A DNA stretch of 32,000 bases, from positions 633,272-665,271 of the forward strand of contig NZ_LT963434.1 in NCBI RefSeq assembly GCF_900199515.1, written 5' to 3'. The notes beneath the pieces are model-generated. The model searched no databases and was not told the origin of the DNA. It worked only from the letters and a program-made list of their open reading frames with translations. Of the stretch, positions 22,695 to 31,956 are shown piece by piece. Positions within the stretch are counted from its first letter, which is position 1. Every line of letters starts with the position of its first letter. The DNA comes from Massilicoli timonensis (lineage in GTDB: Bacteria; Bacillota_I; Bacilli_A; Erysipelotrichales; Erysipelotrichaceae). Both the position numbers and the translations under genes were made by a program.

Positions 22695-24374
22695 TTAATC
22701 TGCCTCAATAAAGCGCAACAGTTCTTCTGCGGCTTTCTTTAAGCCGTCCGTATTGTCATCGCGAAAACCCAGATGCGTAAAGATTTCCCCGATATAAACA
22801 TGATTTTGCTTTAATACCGCAAATACTTCATCGATCAATGGATCACAGATTTCCTGCTTCTGCATCGGCCCAAACGGATTGGCAAAGTAAGTCTTAGAGA
22901 TACCGATCTCCTGCGTCGTTCCTAACGCCATGCGTTTGCCTTCCTTGTAAATCGCCTTCGCTTCTTCCAGATCTTCGATTTCCCGCATGCCGATCTGATC
23001 GTCATAATTATTGGCATAGCAGAATAAGTCGATGCGATGATTTTGGGCAACAACATCATATGGTGCGGCCGGCGTAATGACACGGGCATTGGCAGAATCC
23101 GGATTCATGAAGATCGAACGATCCATATCGCGGTATGGGGTTCCTTTATCCAGATCATCCAGTCGGATAAAGGCACCGATCTCGGTTCCCTGTCCATAAG
23201 GGATCCCATCTTCCACATGAATGCTTCCCATGTCATCAAATACGACTTCGATCTTTCTGATCTTCTCTTTCCCTAACGCGCGCAATGCTTCAATGGACTC
23301 TGATTTCCCCGCTCCGGAATCCCCCATCAGCATGATGCCTTTCTTTAAGCCGCTGCGCAAAGTGATATTGACAAATGCACCGTGAATCGGCAGCCAGCCC
23401 TTTTGCATCATCGCCAGATTATGCAATGTCAAAGACATCTTCTTGATATAGCCGAAATAATCGATCAGCGGTCCATAGGAAACACAGCCTACCCAGATAT
23501 CGTGCTGCACATCATGATAAAACGTCGTTTGATTTTTTCCGTCCTCATTGCCAAACAAGCAGATCAAGTCCGGCTTTTTGCCGCATTCCTCAACCGTTGC
23601 TAATTCAAATAAGTTCGCCAAGGAAATACCGCTGGCAATATAATCGCGATGCAGATAAATAAAAGCAAGCAGACTGCCGATCTTGCATGGATAACACATC
23701 CATTCCTCTTGATTGCCGCTGAATTCATGGATCGGGTTGGTATCACGCTCCGTAAACATGCCGGTACGTTTATTGGATTTTGGATAGATCAATAACGGTG
23801 TACGCAGTGTAACCGTATCAATAAAAGGAATTTCATGAAGCGCCGCATACAGTTCCGGCAGCTTCGGTGCAATTTTTTTCAAGCTGACACAGGCATTGGT
23901 GCCCGCCTGCAGCTGACGATATACGCGGGTGCTTCTGCCTTGGATCTTTTCCTCCAGCAAACGATACAAAGCACGAATCTGATTGCTGAAAGTGGTATCG
24001 GCAGCCATGACCATAGCAGATGTCGCATTTTCCATGACCGCAAATCGCTGATGATGCTTCCAGAAATTATACAGTTCTTCAATAAACTGCGCCAGCTTGC
24101 CTTTGTCATTCAAATAGTCGCTTTCAATTTCTTCACATTTCAAAACGATCAGCATTCTTAATAACTTACAGATCTCAAAGCACGCTTCCCGCGGTGAACG
24201 ATGATTTAACGCATAGCGATACAGCGTTTCATCAAAATCACGCAAGTAGTCGATATAAACATGAATAAAATTATGAAAAACCGATGAGTTCATCAGTTCT
24301 GCGTTGCTTTTCGGAATATCGCCTGTATAGTTGATGATCGCCAAATCATTTTTCAAGTACAACTTCTCTTTCAT
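22695..24374 (-). CDS. Uncharacterised protein with a C-terminal HprK/PEPCK-like P-loop kinase domain
   Basis: 559 aa. LPIHGAFVNITLRSGLKKGIMLMGDSGAGKSESIEAL parallels the HPr kinase/phosphorylase core (HG..V...G.GVLI.G.SG.GKSE). The N-terminal roughly 320 aa have no motif I recognise. GAAAGGAG RBS, a TATAAT at 24423-24418 and its own terminators indicate a monocistronic unit. Confidence 0.6.
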   Translation of the reverse strand: MKEKLYLKNDLAIINYTGDIPKSNAELMNSSVFHNFIHVYIDYLRDFDETLYRYALNHRSPREACFEICKLLRMLIVLKCEEIESDYLNDKGKLAQFIEELYNFWKHHQRFAVMENATSAMVMAADTTFSNQIRALYRLLEEKIQGRSTRVYRQLQAGTNACVSLKKIAPKLPELYAALHEIPFIDTVTLRTPLLIYPKSNKRTGMFTERDTNPIHEFSGNQEEWMCYPCKIGSLLAFIYLHRDYIASGISLANLFELATVEECGKKPDLICLFGNEDGKNQTTFYHDVQHDIWVGCVSYGPLIDYFGYIKKMSLTLHNLAMMQKGWLPIHGAFVNITLRSGLKKGIMLMGDSGAGKSESIEALRALGKEKIRKIEVVFDDMGSIHVEDGIPYGQGTEIGAFIRLDDLDKGTPYRDMDRSIFMNPDSANARVITPAAPYDVVAQNHRIDLFCYANNYDDQIGMREIEDLEEAKAIYKEGKRMALGTTQEIGISKTYFANPFGPMQKQEICDPLIDEVFAVLKQNHVYIGEIFTHLGFRDDNTDGLKKAAEELLRFIEAD

Positions 24375-24554
24375 AAAAACTCCTTTCCCATGTTGCCATG
24401 TATGCTCATTCTATCCTATTATACTAACAAAGACTGAAAAATACCATAAAAGATTAGCAGGCAGTATGCGATCAGCACGGCTTTCTATCAGGAAAAGCAG
24501 AGAAAAAACATCACATGTCTTTTTTCATCACTTGTTTATCAACAGCTTTCCGAT

Positions 24555-24580
24555 AAAAAAGGACGCTTGTTAACGTCCTC
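24555..24580 (-). terminator. Rho-independent terminator of proS
   Basis: Minus strand GAGGACG-ttaacaag-CGTCCT followed by T6. Confidence 0.7.
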
Positions 24581-24635
24581 TTTCTCTTTCTATCGTTTTT
24601 TGATCAATGTTCATTGCCTCATGCATACCTGCCGT

Positions 24636-26321
24636 CTACAGCTGTTTCAAATAAGAAAGCAAGTCTGCGATCGCTACTTCGACGTTTTCCTTTCCCGTAC
24701 GTTCTCTGACTTCGACAATGCCTTCATTGATACGTTTGCCGACGGTAATGCGAAGCGGTAAGCCGATCAGTTCCATATCTTTGAATTTTACTCCGGCACG
24801 TTCCTTGCGATCATCTAACAATACATCATAGCCATGTTCTTGCAACAGATCATATAAGCGTGATCCCGCTTCCATCTGCGCTTCGTCCTTAGCATTGGCA
24901 ATCACGATCCCTAAATCAAAAGGTGCGATGGCTTTTGGCCAGATGATGCCGTTTTCATCATTGTACTGCTCTACGACTGCCGCCATGCAACGCTCTAAAC
25001 CGATGCCATAGCTTCCCATCACCACCGGCTGCAGCTGATTATTGGCGTCAAGATATTGCAAGCCCAGGCTTTGCGCATACTTGGTGCCCAGCTTAAACGT
25101 ATTGCCTACTTCAATGCCCTTATCGAAGGTAAGCGGCTGACCGCAGATCGGACATACATCCCCTTGTGCCACTGCCGCAATATCGGCAACGGTTTCTACC
25201 GTAAAATCTTTCAGATTCACATTTTTATAGTGATGATCGGTTTTGTTGGCACCGGTAATAAAATTGCGCATACCCGCCACTTCACGATCCATAATGATCG
25301 GGACTTCCAAATGGATCGGTCCCGCAAAGCCGACCTTGGCGTTCGTCGCCTGTTCCACATCTTCAAAAGAAGCCAGTTCCATTTCATTGGCATGCAACAG
25401 CTTCAATACCTTTGTTTCATTCAATTCTCGCTTGCCCTTCAATAAAAAGGCGTACAGTTTTCCATCTACGCGATAAAGTAGCGTCTTGACAAAGCGATCT
25501 GCCGGCTCATGCATGAACGCCGCCACTTCATCGATCGTTTTTGCCTGCGGCGTATGGACCAGTTCCATTTCCCGATACGCTTCTTCACTTGGTGCGGCAG
25601 TAGAAACGACTTCCGTAATTTCCAGATTAGAGGAAAAATCACAGTTGCTGCAGCCGACCACCACATCTTCGCCGATCGCGGAGATTGCCTGAAATTCCTC
25701 CGACAACATGCCGCCCATCGCACCGGTATCCGCTCTTACGATCTTATAGTGCAGTCCTAAGCGATCAAAGATATTCTGATAAGCGCGGAACATCTTGCCA
25801 TAGGAAACATCCAGCCCCGCTTCATCAATATCAAAAGAATACGCATCTTTCATGATAAATTCCCGTACGCGGATCAATCCGAAACGCGGTCTTGTTTCAT
25901 CCCGGTATTTCGTATTGATCTGATAAAGATTATAAGGAAAATCTTTATAAGAGCGTCCGTTCATCATCGCCGCCATCGTAAACAGTTCTTCATGGGTCGG
26001 TCCTAAAACATAGTTTTTCCGATAACGATCTTTTAAGGAAAACATATTAGAGCCAAAGGCATCACGTCTTCCGCTTTTTTCATAAACCTCTTCCGGGATC
26101 AAACAAGGCATCATGAGTTCCTGTGCGCCTGCCGCGTCCATTTCCTCTCTTACGATCTGTTCGATCTTTGCTAATACTCTTTTCCCCATCGGCATGATCA
26201 TATAAATGCCATTGCTTGACTTTTTGATCATTCCTGCCCGCACCAGCAGATTGCCGCTTGTGCTTTCTTCATCTTTTACATTTTCTCTTAACGTATAAAA
26301 GAAACGATTGCTTAATTTCAT
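24636..26321 (-). CDS. proS: Proline--tRNA ligase, bacterial type with INS editing domain
   Basis: 561 aa. N-terminus MKLSNRFFYTLRE..., class II motifs (FRDE-like YRDETRPRFGLIRVREFIMKDAYSF; GIGLERCMAAV), an inserted editing domain of about 180 aa, and a C-terminal anticodon-binding domain. The ATG overlaps the upstream TGA (ATGA). Confidence 0.95.
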   Translation of the reverse strand: MKLSNRFFYTLRENVKDEESTSGNLLVRAGMIKKSSNGIYMIMPMGKRVLAKIEQIVREEMDAAGAQELMMPCLIPEEVYEKSGRRDAFGSNMFSLKDRYRKNYVLGPTHEELFTMAAMMNGRSYKDFPYNLYQINTKYRDETRPRFGLIRVREFIMKDAYSFDIDEAGLDVSYGKMFRAYQNIFDRLGLHYKIVRADTGAMGGMLSEEFQAISAIGEDVVVGCSNCDFSSNLEITEVVSTAAPSEEAYREMELVHTPQAKTIDEVAAFMHEPADRFVKTLLYRVDGKLYAFLLKGKRELNETKVLKLLHANEMELASFEDVEQATNAKVGFAGPIHLEVPIIMDREVAGMRNFITGANKTDHHYKNVNLKDFTVETVADIAAVAQGDVCPICGQPLTFDKGIEVGNTFKLGTKYAQSLGLQYLDANNQLQPVVMGSYGIGLERCMAAVVEQYNDENGIIWPKAIAPFDLGIVIANAKDEAQMEAGSRLYDLLQEHGYDVLLDDRKERAGVKFKDMELIGLPLRITVGKRINEGIVEVRERTGKENVEVAIADLLSYLKQL

Positions 26322-27532
26322 ATGCTTCTTCTCCTTCTGATCATATCATGACGTTTTACCGAAAACGGTATTTTCATATAAAGCCGCTGCATCGGTGTTT
26401 TCGCTACGCTGAGCGCTTCTTTGTTTTCATCGAACAAGTCGCTTATCACAAAGGGACGATTCAAACAGTTTGGTCCAAACACTTCCGCACCTGCACCGAC
26501 CGCGAAATGATTGCGCACCTCGATATAGGCCATCTGTGTTTTTTCATCATAATCCAGTATATAGGCAATAAATTCCTGAATCAATGGATTTCTGCTTTCC
26601 TCATATAAATGCCCTGCCGCACGCGGCATACCTGCATAAAAACCTACCCCGGAGGGTCGATTTTCCGCCTTGGCAAACTCTTTTTCATAATAAGCCATAC
26701 GCTCCTCACTGATCACACCTTTTTCATAATACTCGTCGATCAGCATGCGATAGGTCTTTACTAAGGTTGCGATATAATAAACCGATTTCATCCTGCCTTC
26801 GATCTTAAAAGAGGCAACGCCCGCTTCAATGAGCTGAGGGATATAGCGGCAAGCCATCATATCTTTGGAGCTCATCGAAAAAGGATCTGCTTCATCATGG
26901 ATCGCTTCCCCGTTTTCATACAGGCGATATTTCCAGCGACAGCTCTGCGCACAGCCTCCACGGTTGGCATCACGATCGGTCATATGGTTGGAAAGCACGC
27001 AGCGTCCCGAATAAGAAATGCACATCGCGCCATGGATAAACGCTTCGATCGGAATATTGCTTGCCTTTGTCGTGGCGATGATCTCATCAAGGCTGCACTC
27101 TCTTGCCAGCACCACCCGATCCATGCCCTTCTTTTCCCAATAGGCGATCGCCGATGAATTGGTGGTAGAGTGCTGGGTGGAAACATGCACTTCCAAACGC
27201 GGCGCCACTTCTTTGGCAATCTGCATGATGGCTGCGGAAGCGACGATCACCGCAGTTACGCCGATCCTTTCCAGTTCCCGCAAATACGTTTTCAAACCTT
27301 CCAGATCCGCTTCATGAGGAAGCATATTGACCGTTACATGGATCCGTGCACCGTACTGCTTGGCAAAGCGCACCCCTTCCGCGATCTCCGTTAAACCGAA
27401 ATTGCTTGCCCGTGAACGCAGCGAAAACTGTTTTCCGCCGATATAGACCGCATCGGCACCATACATAACGGCAATTTTCAATCGTTCCAGATCTCCTGCC
27501 GGAGATAACAATTCAACTCTTTCTCTCTTCAT
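26318..27532 (-). CDS. Peptidase-U32-family protein, long paralog (YrrO/TrhP-like)
   Basis: Start moved to MKRERVELLSPAGDLERLKIAVMYGADAVYIGG (ATG 27532, AAGGA RBS). The ELLSPAG start and the Cys-rich block FIHGAMCISYSGRC...GGCAQSCRW are characteristic of U32 proteins. Confidence 0.85.
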   Translation of the reverse strand: MKRERVELLSPAGDLERLKIAVMYGADAVYIGGKQFSLRSRASNFGLTEIAEGVRFAKQYGARIHVTVNMLPHEADLEGLKTYLRELERIGVTAVIVASAAIMQIAKEVAPRLEVHVSTQHSTTNSSAIAYWEKKGMDRVVLARECSLDEIIATTKASNIPIEAFIHGAMCISYSGRCVLSNHMTDRDANRGGCAQSCRWKYRLYENGEAIHDEADPFSMSSKDMMACRYIPQLIEAGVASFKIEGRMKSVYYIATLVKTYRMLIDEYYEKGVISEERMAYYEKEFAKAENRPSGVGFYAGMPRAAGHLYEESRNPLIQEFIAYILDYDEKTQMAYIEVRNHFAVGAGAEVFGPNCLNRPFVISDLFDENKEALSVAKTPMQRLYMKIPFSVKRHDMIRRRRSI

Positions 27533-27536
27533 AGTC

Positions 27537-28436
27537 TTATCCTTTATGCAATCCTGTTTTCTTATAATAAAAGCCGCTGCCGACGTGCGCTTCACGATGT
27601 GTCTGCGCATACGATCTAAAAACCTCTCTGCCCTTGCTTTCTTTTGCTTCTACGCTTCGATACAAACGCAGTGCTTCGCATACCCAATCGATATCATAAA
27701 AGATCCCATCGATCCTAAAATGCGTATAACCGACTTCCAACAGCTCGTCTAGCTCTTCAAAAGAAGCCAACGTATAGCCGGAAAACACATGGGTACCCAG
27801 ATCATCCTCTAAAATCGGCATCGCTTCTTCCCGCTTTGTTTCAATGATCGCAAGATCTTTACGCGCATGCAGATCACATGGTTTTCCCAGATGTTCCATA
27901 TAGGCGCTTAACAGCCATCTTTTCGAGTGCATCACATTGACTCGTCCATGCACAAGCAGCTCAATGCGGGAAGGAATGCTGTGATGGGCGATCTGTTTGA
28001 TTTCTTCCAAAGTGATTTCTTTGGCAAGCACGACCCGCTGGATGCCTTCCTGTAAATAATAATTTACGTCATAGGAGTTTGTCAGCAGCGTATCGGGATG
28101 ATAAATCAGTTTATCCTGCATGCCTAAACGCATGCTTTCCCAAAGCACCCCTTCATCTCCATAATAGATCCCATCTACATCTAATTCCTTCAACAAATGC
28201 AAATGTGCACGCATCGCATCCAGCTCGGTTTCCGCAAACATGCGGTTCATCAGCACATACAGCTTCAAAGACAGGCGCTGTGCTTCCTGTTTAGCTTTGG
28301 GATAGTCGCTCAGCGCTATGCACGCCATCGCTCTTGCAGAATAAAAATCAGTACCGATCAGTACCGCATCTGCTCCTGCTTCTTTTAAGCGCGCAAAGTT
28401 TTCGATTCGATCTGCGCTGACGATCCATTCACTCAT
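27537..28436 (-). CDS. Peptidase-U32-family protein, short paralog (YrrN-like)
   Basis: Start moved to MSEWIVSADRIEN (ATG 28436, RBS CAGGGGTG). U32 TIM-barrel-like N-domain pattern (GADAVLIG..., ELLVHGRV). Stop lies 4 nt before the next U32 start. Confidence 0.8.
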   Translation of the reverse strand: MSEWIVSADRIENFARLKEAGADAVLIGTDFYSARAMACIALSDYPKAKQEAQRLSLKLYVLMNRMFAETELDAMRAHLHLLKELDVDGIYYGDEGVLWESMRLGMQDKLIYHPDTLLTNSYDVNYYLQEGIQRVVLAKEITLEEIKQIAHHSIPSRIELLVHGRVNVMHSKRWLLSAYMEHLGKPCDLHARKDLAIIETKREEAMPILEDDLGTHVFSGYTLASFEELDELLEVGYTHFRIDGIFYDIDWVCEALRLYRSVEAKESKGREVFRSYAQTHREAHVGSGFYYKKTGLHKG

Positions 28437-28498
28437 TTTCGACACCCCTGTTTTATCTATCGTGCATAAGCTTTGATGAAATCTTGCTTTACTGCACA

Positions 28499-28527
28499 AT
28501 TATAGTATATTTTTATATAATTTCCAA
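28499..28527 (-). promoter_or_regulatory. Candidate sigma-A promoter of the U32-U32-proS operon
   Basis: Minus strand TTGGAA (28527-28522), 17 nt, TATAAT (28504-28499). The implied leader is about 56 nt. Confidence 0.55.
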
Positions 28528-28600
28528 GTCATTTTATAAGGAAGCGGCATGTCTTTCAGAAAGCGATATGTTCCTATCAAAAACAGATTTCATTTTTTAT

Positions 28601-28630
28601 TTGCAAGGCGCATTCTGTTTTCGCTATAAT
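28601..28630 (+). promoter_or_regulatory. Candidate sigma-A promoter of tex
   Basis: TTGCAA (28601-28606), 18 nt, TATAAT (28625-28630), 37 nt upstream of the ATG. Confidence 0.55.
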
Positions 28631-28666
28631 GGTACAAGATCGATCAAAGCGATCGCAGGAGGTTTT

Positions 28667-30811
28667 ATGAGCATCATTGAAGCAATCGCAGAAGAATTGC
28701 ATATCCAAACAAAACAGGCAGAAGCCGTATTGTCATTACTATCAGAAGGCGCAACCGTGCCTTTTATCGCACGCTATCGTAAAGAAATGACCGGTGCATT
28801 AGATGAGGAAGCAATCCGTATCATTGCCGAAAAGCATCAGTATCAGTTACATTTAGCCAAGCGCAAGGAAGATGTGCTGCGTTTGATCGAAACGCAAGGC
28901 AAACTAAACGAAGCGTTAAAAGCGGAAGTGATGGCATGTACGAAATTATCACAGGTAGAAGATATTTATCGTCCCTTTAAGCAGAAAAAGAAGACCCGGG
29001 CAGGGATTGCGATCGCGGCAGGCTTACAGCCGGTGGCAGAGCATTTGCTCGCTTGTCCCTTAAAAATAGATCATGCTTTGCTCAAAGCGCATATATGCGA
29101 AGCATTTGCAAGTGAAGAAGCCGTTTTACAGGGAGCGATGGACATCATTGCGGAAAAGATCGCGGAAGATCAAAAAGTGCGAAATAAGATCTATGATTCC
29201 ATGATGCGCTATGGCAAGCTTGTAAGCATAAAAAAGAAACAGGCAGAGGATGAAGCTAAGATCTATCGCATGTATTATGCCTATGAGGAACGCATTTCCA
29301 CCTTGGCGCCGCATCGGATCATGGCGATCGACCGTGGCGAAAAAGAAAAGGTACTGCAGGTTTCGCTTTCCTTTGATGAAGATTATCTGCTGGATTGGAC
29401 AAAACGCAGGATATTTCGCAAACAGATGGGAGAAGCAAGCGAACTGGTCGAAAAAGCGATACAGGATGGATTGAAACGGTTGGCTTTTCCTTCCATCGAG
29501 CGCATGGTGCGAAGTGAATTAAGCGCCAAAGCACAGGAGGCAAGCATCGATGTCTTTTCAATGAATTTAGAAAAACTGCTGTTACAGCCGCCGATGAAGG
29601 AAAAGACCATCTTAGGACTTGACCCCGCTTTTCGTACCGGCTGTAAATTAGCGGTCATTGATAAAAGCGGCAAGGTGTTGGCAATCGATGTGATCTACCC
29701 ACACCAGCCAAACGCCAAGCTTGCTCAAGCCAAGCAGAAGATCATCCAGCTCTGTCAAGATCATCACGTTGATCTGATCGCGATCGGCAACGGTACTGCC
29801 AGCAGAGAAAGTGAAGCTTTTATCGCATCGCTGATCCAGGAAGCGCATCTAGATGTCGCCTATACGATCGTAAGTGAAGCAGGCGCCAGTGTCTACAGTG
29901 CGTCAAAACAGGCAATCAGTGAATTTCCCGACCTGCATGTTGAACAAAGAAGCGCAATTTCCATTGCCCGCCGTCTATTAGATCCTTTAAGTGAACTCAT
30001 CAAGATCGACCCGCGTTCGATCGGTGTCGGGCAGTACCAGCATGACTTGCCGGACGCGCGTTTGGAAGAACGTCTGGACTTTGTCGTTGATAAATGCGTC
30101 AATCTGGTCGGTGTCAATGTCAATACTGCCGGGGAAACGCTGTTAAAGCATGTAGCGGGATTAAGCGGTGCCATGGCCAAGCAGATCGTCGCTTATCGGG
30201 AGCAGCATGGTAAGATCAAAGAACGCGCCGAACTCGCCAAGGTAAAAGGCATCGGGCCAAAGGCATTTGAACAGGCAGCCGGTTTTTTGCGCATCGAAAA
30301 CGGCAGGCATCCATTTGATCGCACAGCGATCCACCCGGAAAGCTATGCGCTTGCCAACACTTTGCTGCGTAAGCTGCACTTAGAAGCAGGCGACATCGGC
30401 ACTGAACATGCCAAAGCCATACTGGAAACAGCCGATCCTGCGAAGCTTTGTGACGAACTGCACTGTGATCGCTATACCTTGCAGGATATCTTAGACGCTT
30501 GTAAAGCACCGCTGCGAGATTACCGCGATCAAAACGACGGGCCGCTTTTACGCACCGATATCCTCACGATGGAGGACCTGCAGATCGGCGATGCCTTAGA
30601 GGGCGTCGTACGCAATGTCGTGGACTTCGGCGCATTTGTCGATATCGGGCTGAAAGAAGACGGTTTGATCCATATTTCACAGCTCTCAGACAAGCGGATC
30701 CAGCATCCAAGCGAAGTCGTATCCGTCGGTGATCTGTTAAAAGTATGGGTGTATCGCATTGACGAAGAAAAGCACAAGGTACAGCTGACCCTGCGCCAGC
30801 GACCGAATTAA
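28667..30811 (+). CDS. tex: Tex-like transcription accessory protein (YqgF/RuvC-like, HHH and S1 domains)
   Basis: Start moved to MSIIEAIAEELHIQTKQAEAVLSLLSEGATVPFIARYRKEMTG (ATG 28667, AGGAGG RBS), the canonical Tex N-terminus. The C-terminal S1 domain is GDALEGVVRNVVDFGAFVDIGLKEDGLIHISQLS. Confidence 0.9.
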   Translation: MSIIEAIAEELHIQTKQAEAVLSLLSEGATVPFIARYRKEMTGALDEEAIRIIAEKHQYQLHLAKRKEDVLRLIETQGKLNEALKAEVMACTKLSQVEDIYRPFKQKKKTRAGIAIAAGLQPVAEHLLACPLKIDHALLKAHICEAFASEEAVLQGAMDIIAEKIAEDQKVRNKIYDSMMRYGKLVSIKKKQAEDEAKIYRMYYAYEERISTLAPHRIMAIDRGEKEKVLQVSLSFDEDYLLDWTKRRIFRKQMGEASELVEKAIQDGLKRLAFPSIERMVRSELSAKAQEASIDVFSMNLEKLLLQPPMKEKTILGLDPAFRTGCKLAVIDKSGKVLAIDVIYPHQPNAKLAQAKQKIIQLCQDHHVDLIAIGNGTASRESEAFIASLIQEAHLDVAYTIVSEAGASVYSASKQAISEFPDLHVEQRSAISIARRLLDPLSELIKIDPRSIGVGQYQHDLPDARLEERLDFVVDKCVNLVGVNVNTAGETLLKHVAGLSGAMAKQIVAYREQHGKIKERAELAKVKGIGPKAFEQAAGFLRIENGRHPFDRTAIHPESYALANTLLRKLHLEAGDIGTEHAKAILETADPAKLCDELHCDRYTLQDILDACKAPLRDYRDQNDGPLLRTDILTMEDLQIGDALEGVVRNVVDFGAFVDIGLKEDGLIHISQLSDKRIQHPSEVVSVGDLLKVWVYRIDEEKHKVQLTLRQRPN

Positions 30812-30813
30812 AA

Positions 30814-30841
30814 ATGCCGTATTCGCTACGGCATTTTTTTA
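30814..30841. terminator. Bidirectional terminator between convergent tex and the sigma-factor operon
   Basis: ATGCCGTA-ttcgc-TACGGCAT followed by T7, with AAAA upstream. Confidence 0.8.
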
Positions 30842-31315
30842 CGATCCTGATGCACTGAGCAGCACTTCACCGCCATTTTCTAAACGAAGCAGCAGCCACT
30901 TTGCATGTCCATCGACTTGATATAGCGCACCGTCTATTCCAAGCGATGTCTGTGCGTCTTTTTCGTATGATCCCGGCATTTCACTTGCCTGTCCGATGTA
31001 ATCGCCGATGACAAGCTGTGAGACATCTGCACCCGCCACCTGCACATATTCCTTTCCTTCATAGCGGATCCAACCCAACTGATCAGCGCCGCCTTTTTCA
31101 TACACCGGTGCTTCTTCTGCCGGTGGCGTTTGTTTTTCCTTGACCGCACTGAATGTTTCCTGCTTTTGTCCCTGTCCCTGCTGCCAGATGCCAAAACCGC
31201 CCAGCACCACTAAAAATGACAGTGCGGCGCCGATACAAAACTGTTTTTTTCTACGCTGCTCATGAGCATGGATCCGCCGCAGCGCACTGTTCGCCATTTC
31301 ATCATATGTCTTCAT
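30839..31315 (-). CDS. Single-pass membrane protein co-transcribed with the ECF sigma factor (possible anti-sigma/partner protein)
   Basis: 158 aa: a short basic cytoplasmic N-terminus, one TM helix (FCIGAALSFLVVLGGFGIW) and an extracytoplasmic domain. The start overlaps the end of the sigma gene by 14 nt. No zf-HC2 anti-sigma motif is visible, so the role is inferred from position only. Confidence 0.5.
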   Translation of the reverse strand: MKTYDEMANSALRRIHAHEQRRKKQFCIGAALSFLVVLGGFGIWQQGQGQKQETFSAVKEKQTPPAEEAPVYEKGGADQLGWIRYEGKEYVQVAGADVSQLVIGDYIGQASEMPGSYEKDAQTSLGIDGALYQVDGHAKWLLLRLENGGEVLLSASGS

Positions 31316-31859
31316 CTGAAAATCCCTCCTTTTCTAAAACTGCTCTTAGAGAAAGCCTTGCGCGATAAGCGATCGTTTCCACATTGTGCACACTTTTTTT
31401 CAAGATCTTCGCAATTTCCTTGTGTGAAAATCCTTCAAAATACAAGAGCCACAATACCTGCTGATAAATCGGTTTCAACTGATCCATCGCCTGATAAAGC
31501 AAGCGTTTGCGTGTTTCTTGCAGGTAGAGCCCTTCCGCTTCGTTTCGTTCATCGCCGATTTCCCTGTATCCCTCTAATGATTGTTCCCGGTGCTTTGCGT
31601 GCTTGCGAAGATAATCGATCGCAAGATTTCTCGCAATCGCATAAAGCCATGTTTTGAACGCCGCCTGCCCTTTGTATTTGGGCTTTTTGATGCCCAATTT
31701 CACAAATGTATCTTCCGTGAGCTCTTCCGCCGCATAAATATCGTGCACATAGCTGTTTATATAAAGCAGCAGTCCGTCTTTATACGCTTTTACGATTGCT
31801 ACGAACCCATCTTCATCACCGCTTAGAAAACGGGCATAGTTTTCTGCTCCATGGTCCAT
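31302..31859 (-). CDS. ECF-type sigma-70 family RNA polymerase sigma factor
   Basis: Start moved to MDHGAENYARFL (ATG 31859, RBS AAGGAG 7 nt upstream). Region 2 is FKTWLYAIARNLAIDYLRK. Region 4 HTH is GFSHKEIAKILKKSVHNVETIAYRARLSL. Confidence 0.85.
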   Translation of the reverse strand: MDHGAENYARFLSGDEDGFVAIVKAYKDGLLLYINSYVHDIYAAEELTEDTFVKLGIKKPKYKGQAAFKTWLYAIARNLAIDYLRKHAKHREQSLEGYREIGDERNEAEGLYLQETRKRLLYQAMDQLKPIYQQVLWLLYFEGFSHKEIAKILKKSVHNVETIAYRARLSLRAVLEKEGFSDEDI

Positions 31860-31923
31860 GCGCTCACTCCTTTCCCTTTCACCTATCATACGTAATCAAA
31901 AGGATAAACCTCACAGTAAAATC

Positions 31924-31956
31924 AAAAAAAAGCAGAAAAGATCCGCTCTCTTCTGC
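31924..31956 (-). terminator. Terminator of an upstream minus-strand gene lying beyond the window end
   Basis: Minus strand GCAGAA-12 nt-TTCTGC followed by T8. Confidence 0.5.

Noticed and set aside
9952-26321. Co-occurrence of ybaK (Cys-tRNAPro deacylase), tRNA-Cys and proS in one window as a possible functional cluster
   Set aside because: The genes are 9-15 kb apart, in separate transcription units and separated by unrelated genes. The link is functional in general biology, but the proximity here is not evidence of a system.
28437-28498. T-box leader upstream of the aminoacyl-tRNA synthetase operon
   Set aside because: The leader is only about 56 nt, with no specifier hairpin, T-box sequence or terminator/antiterminator pair.
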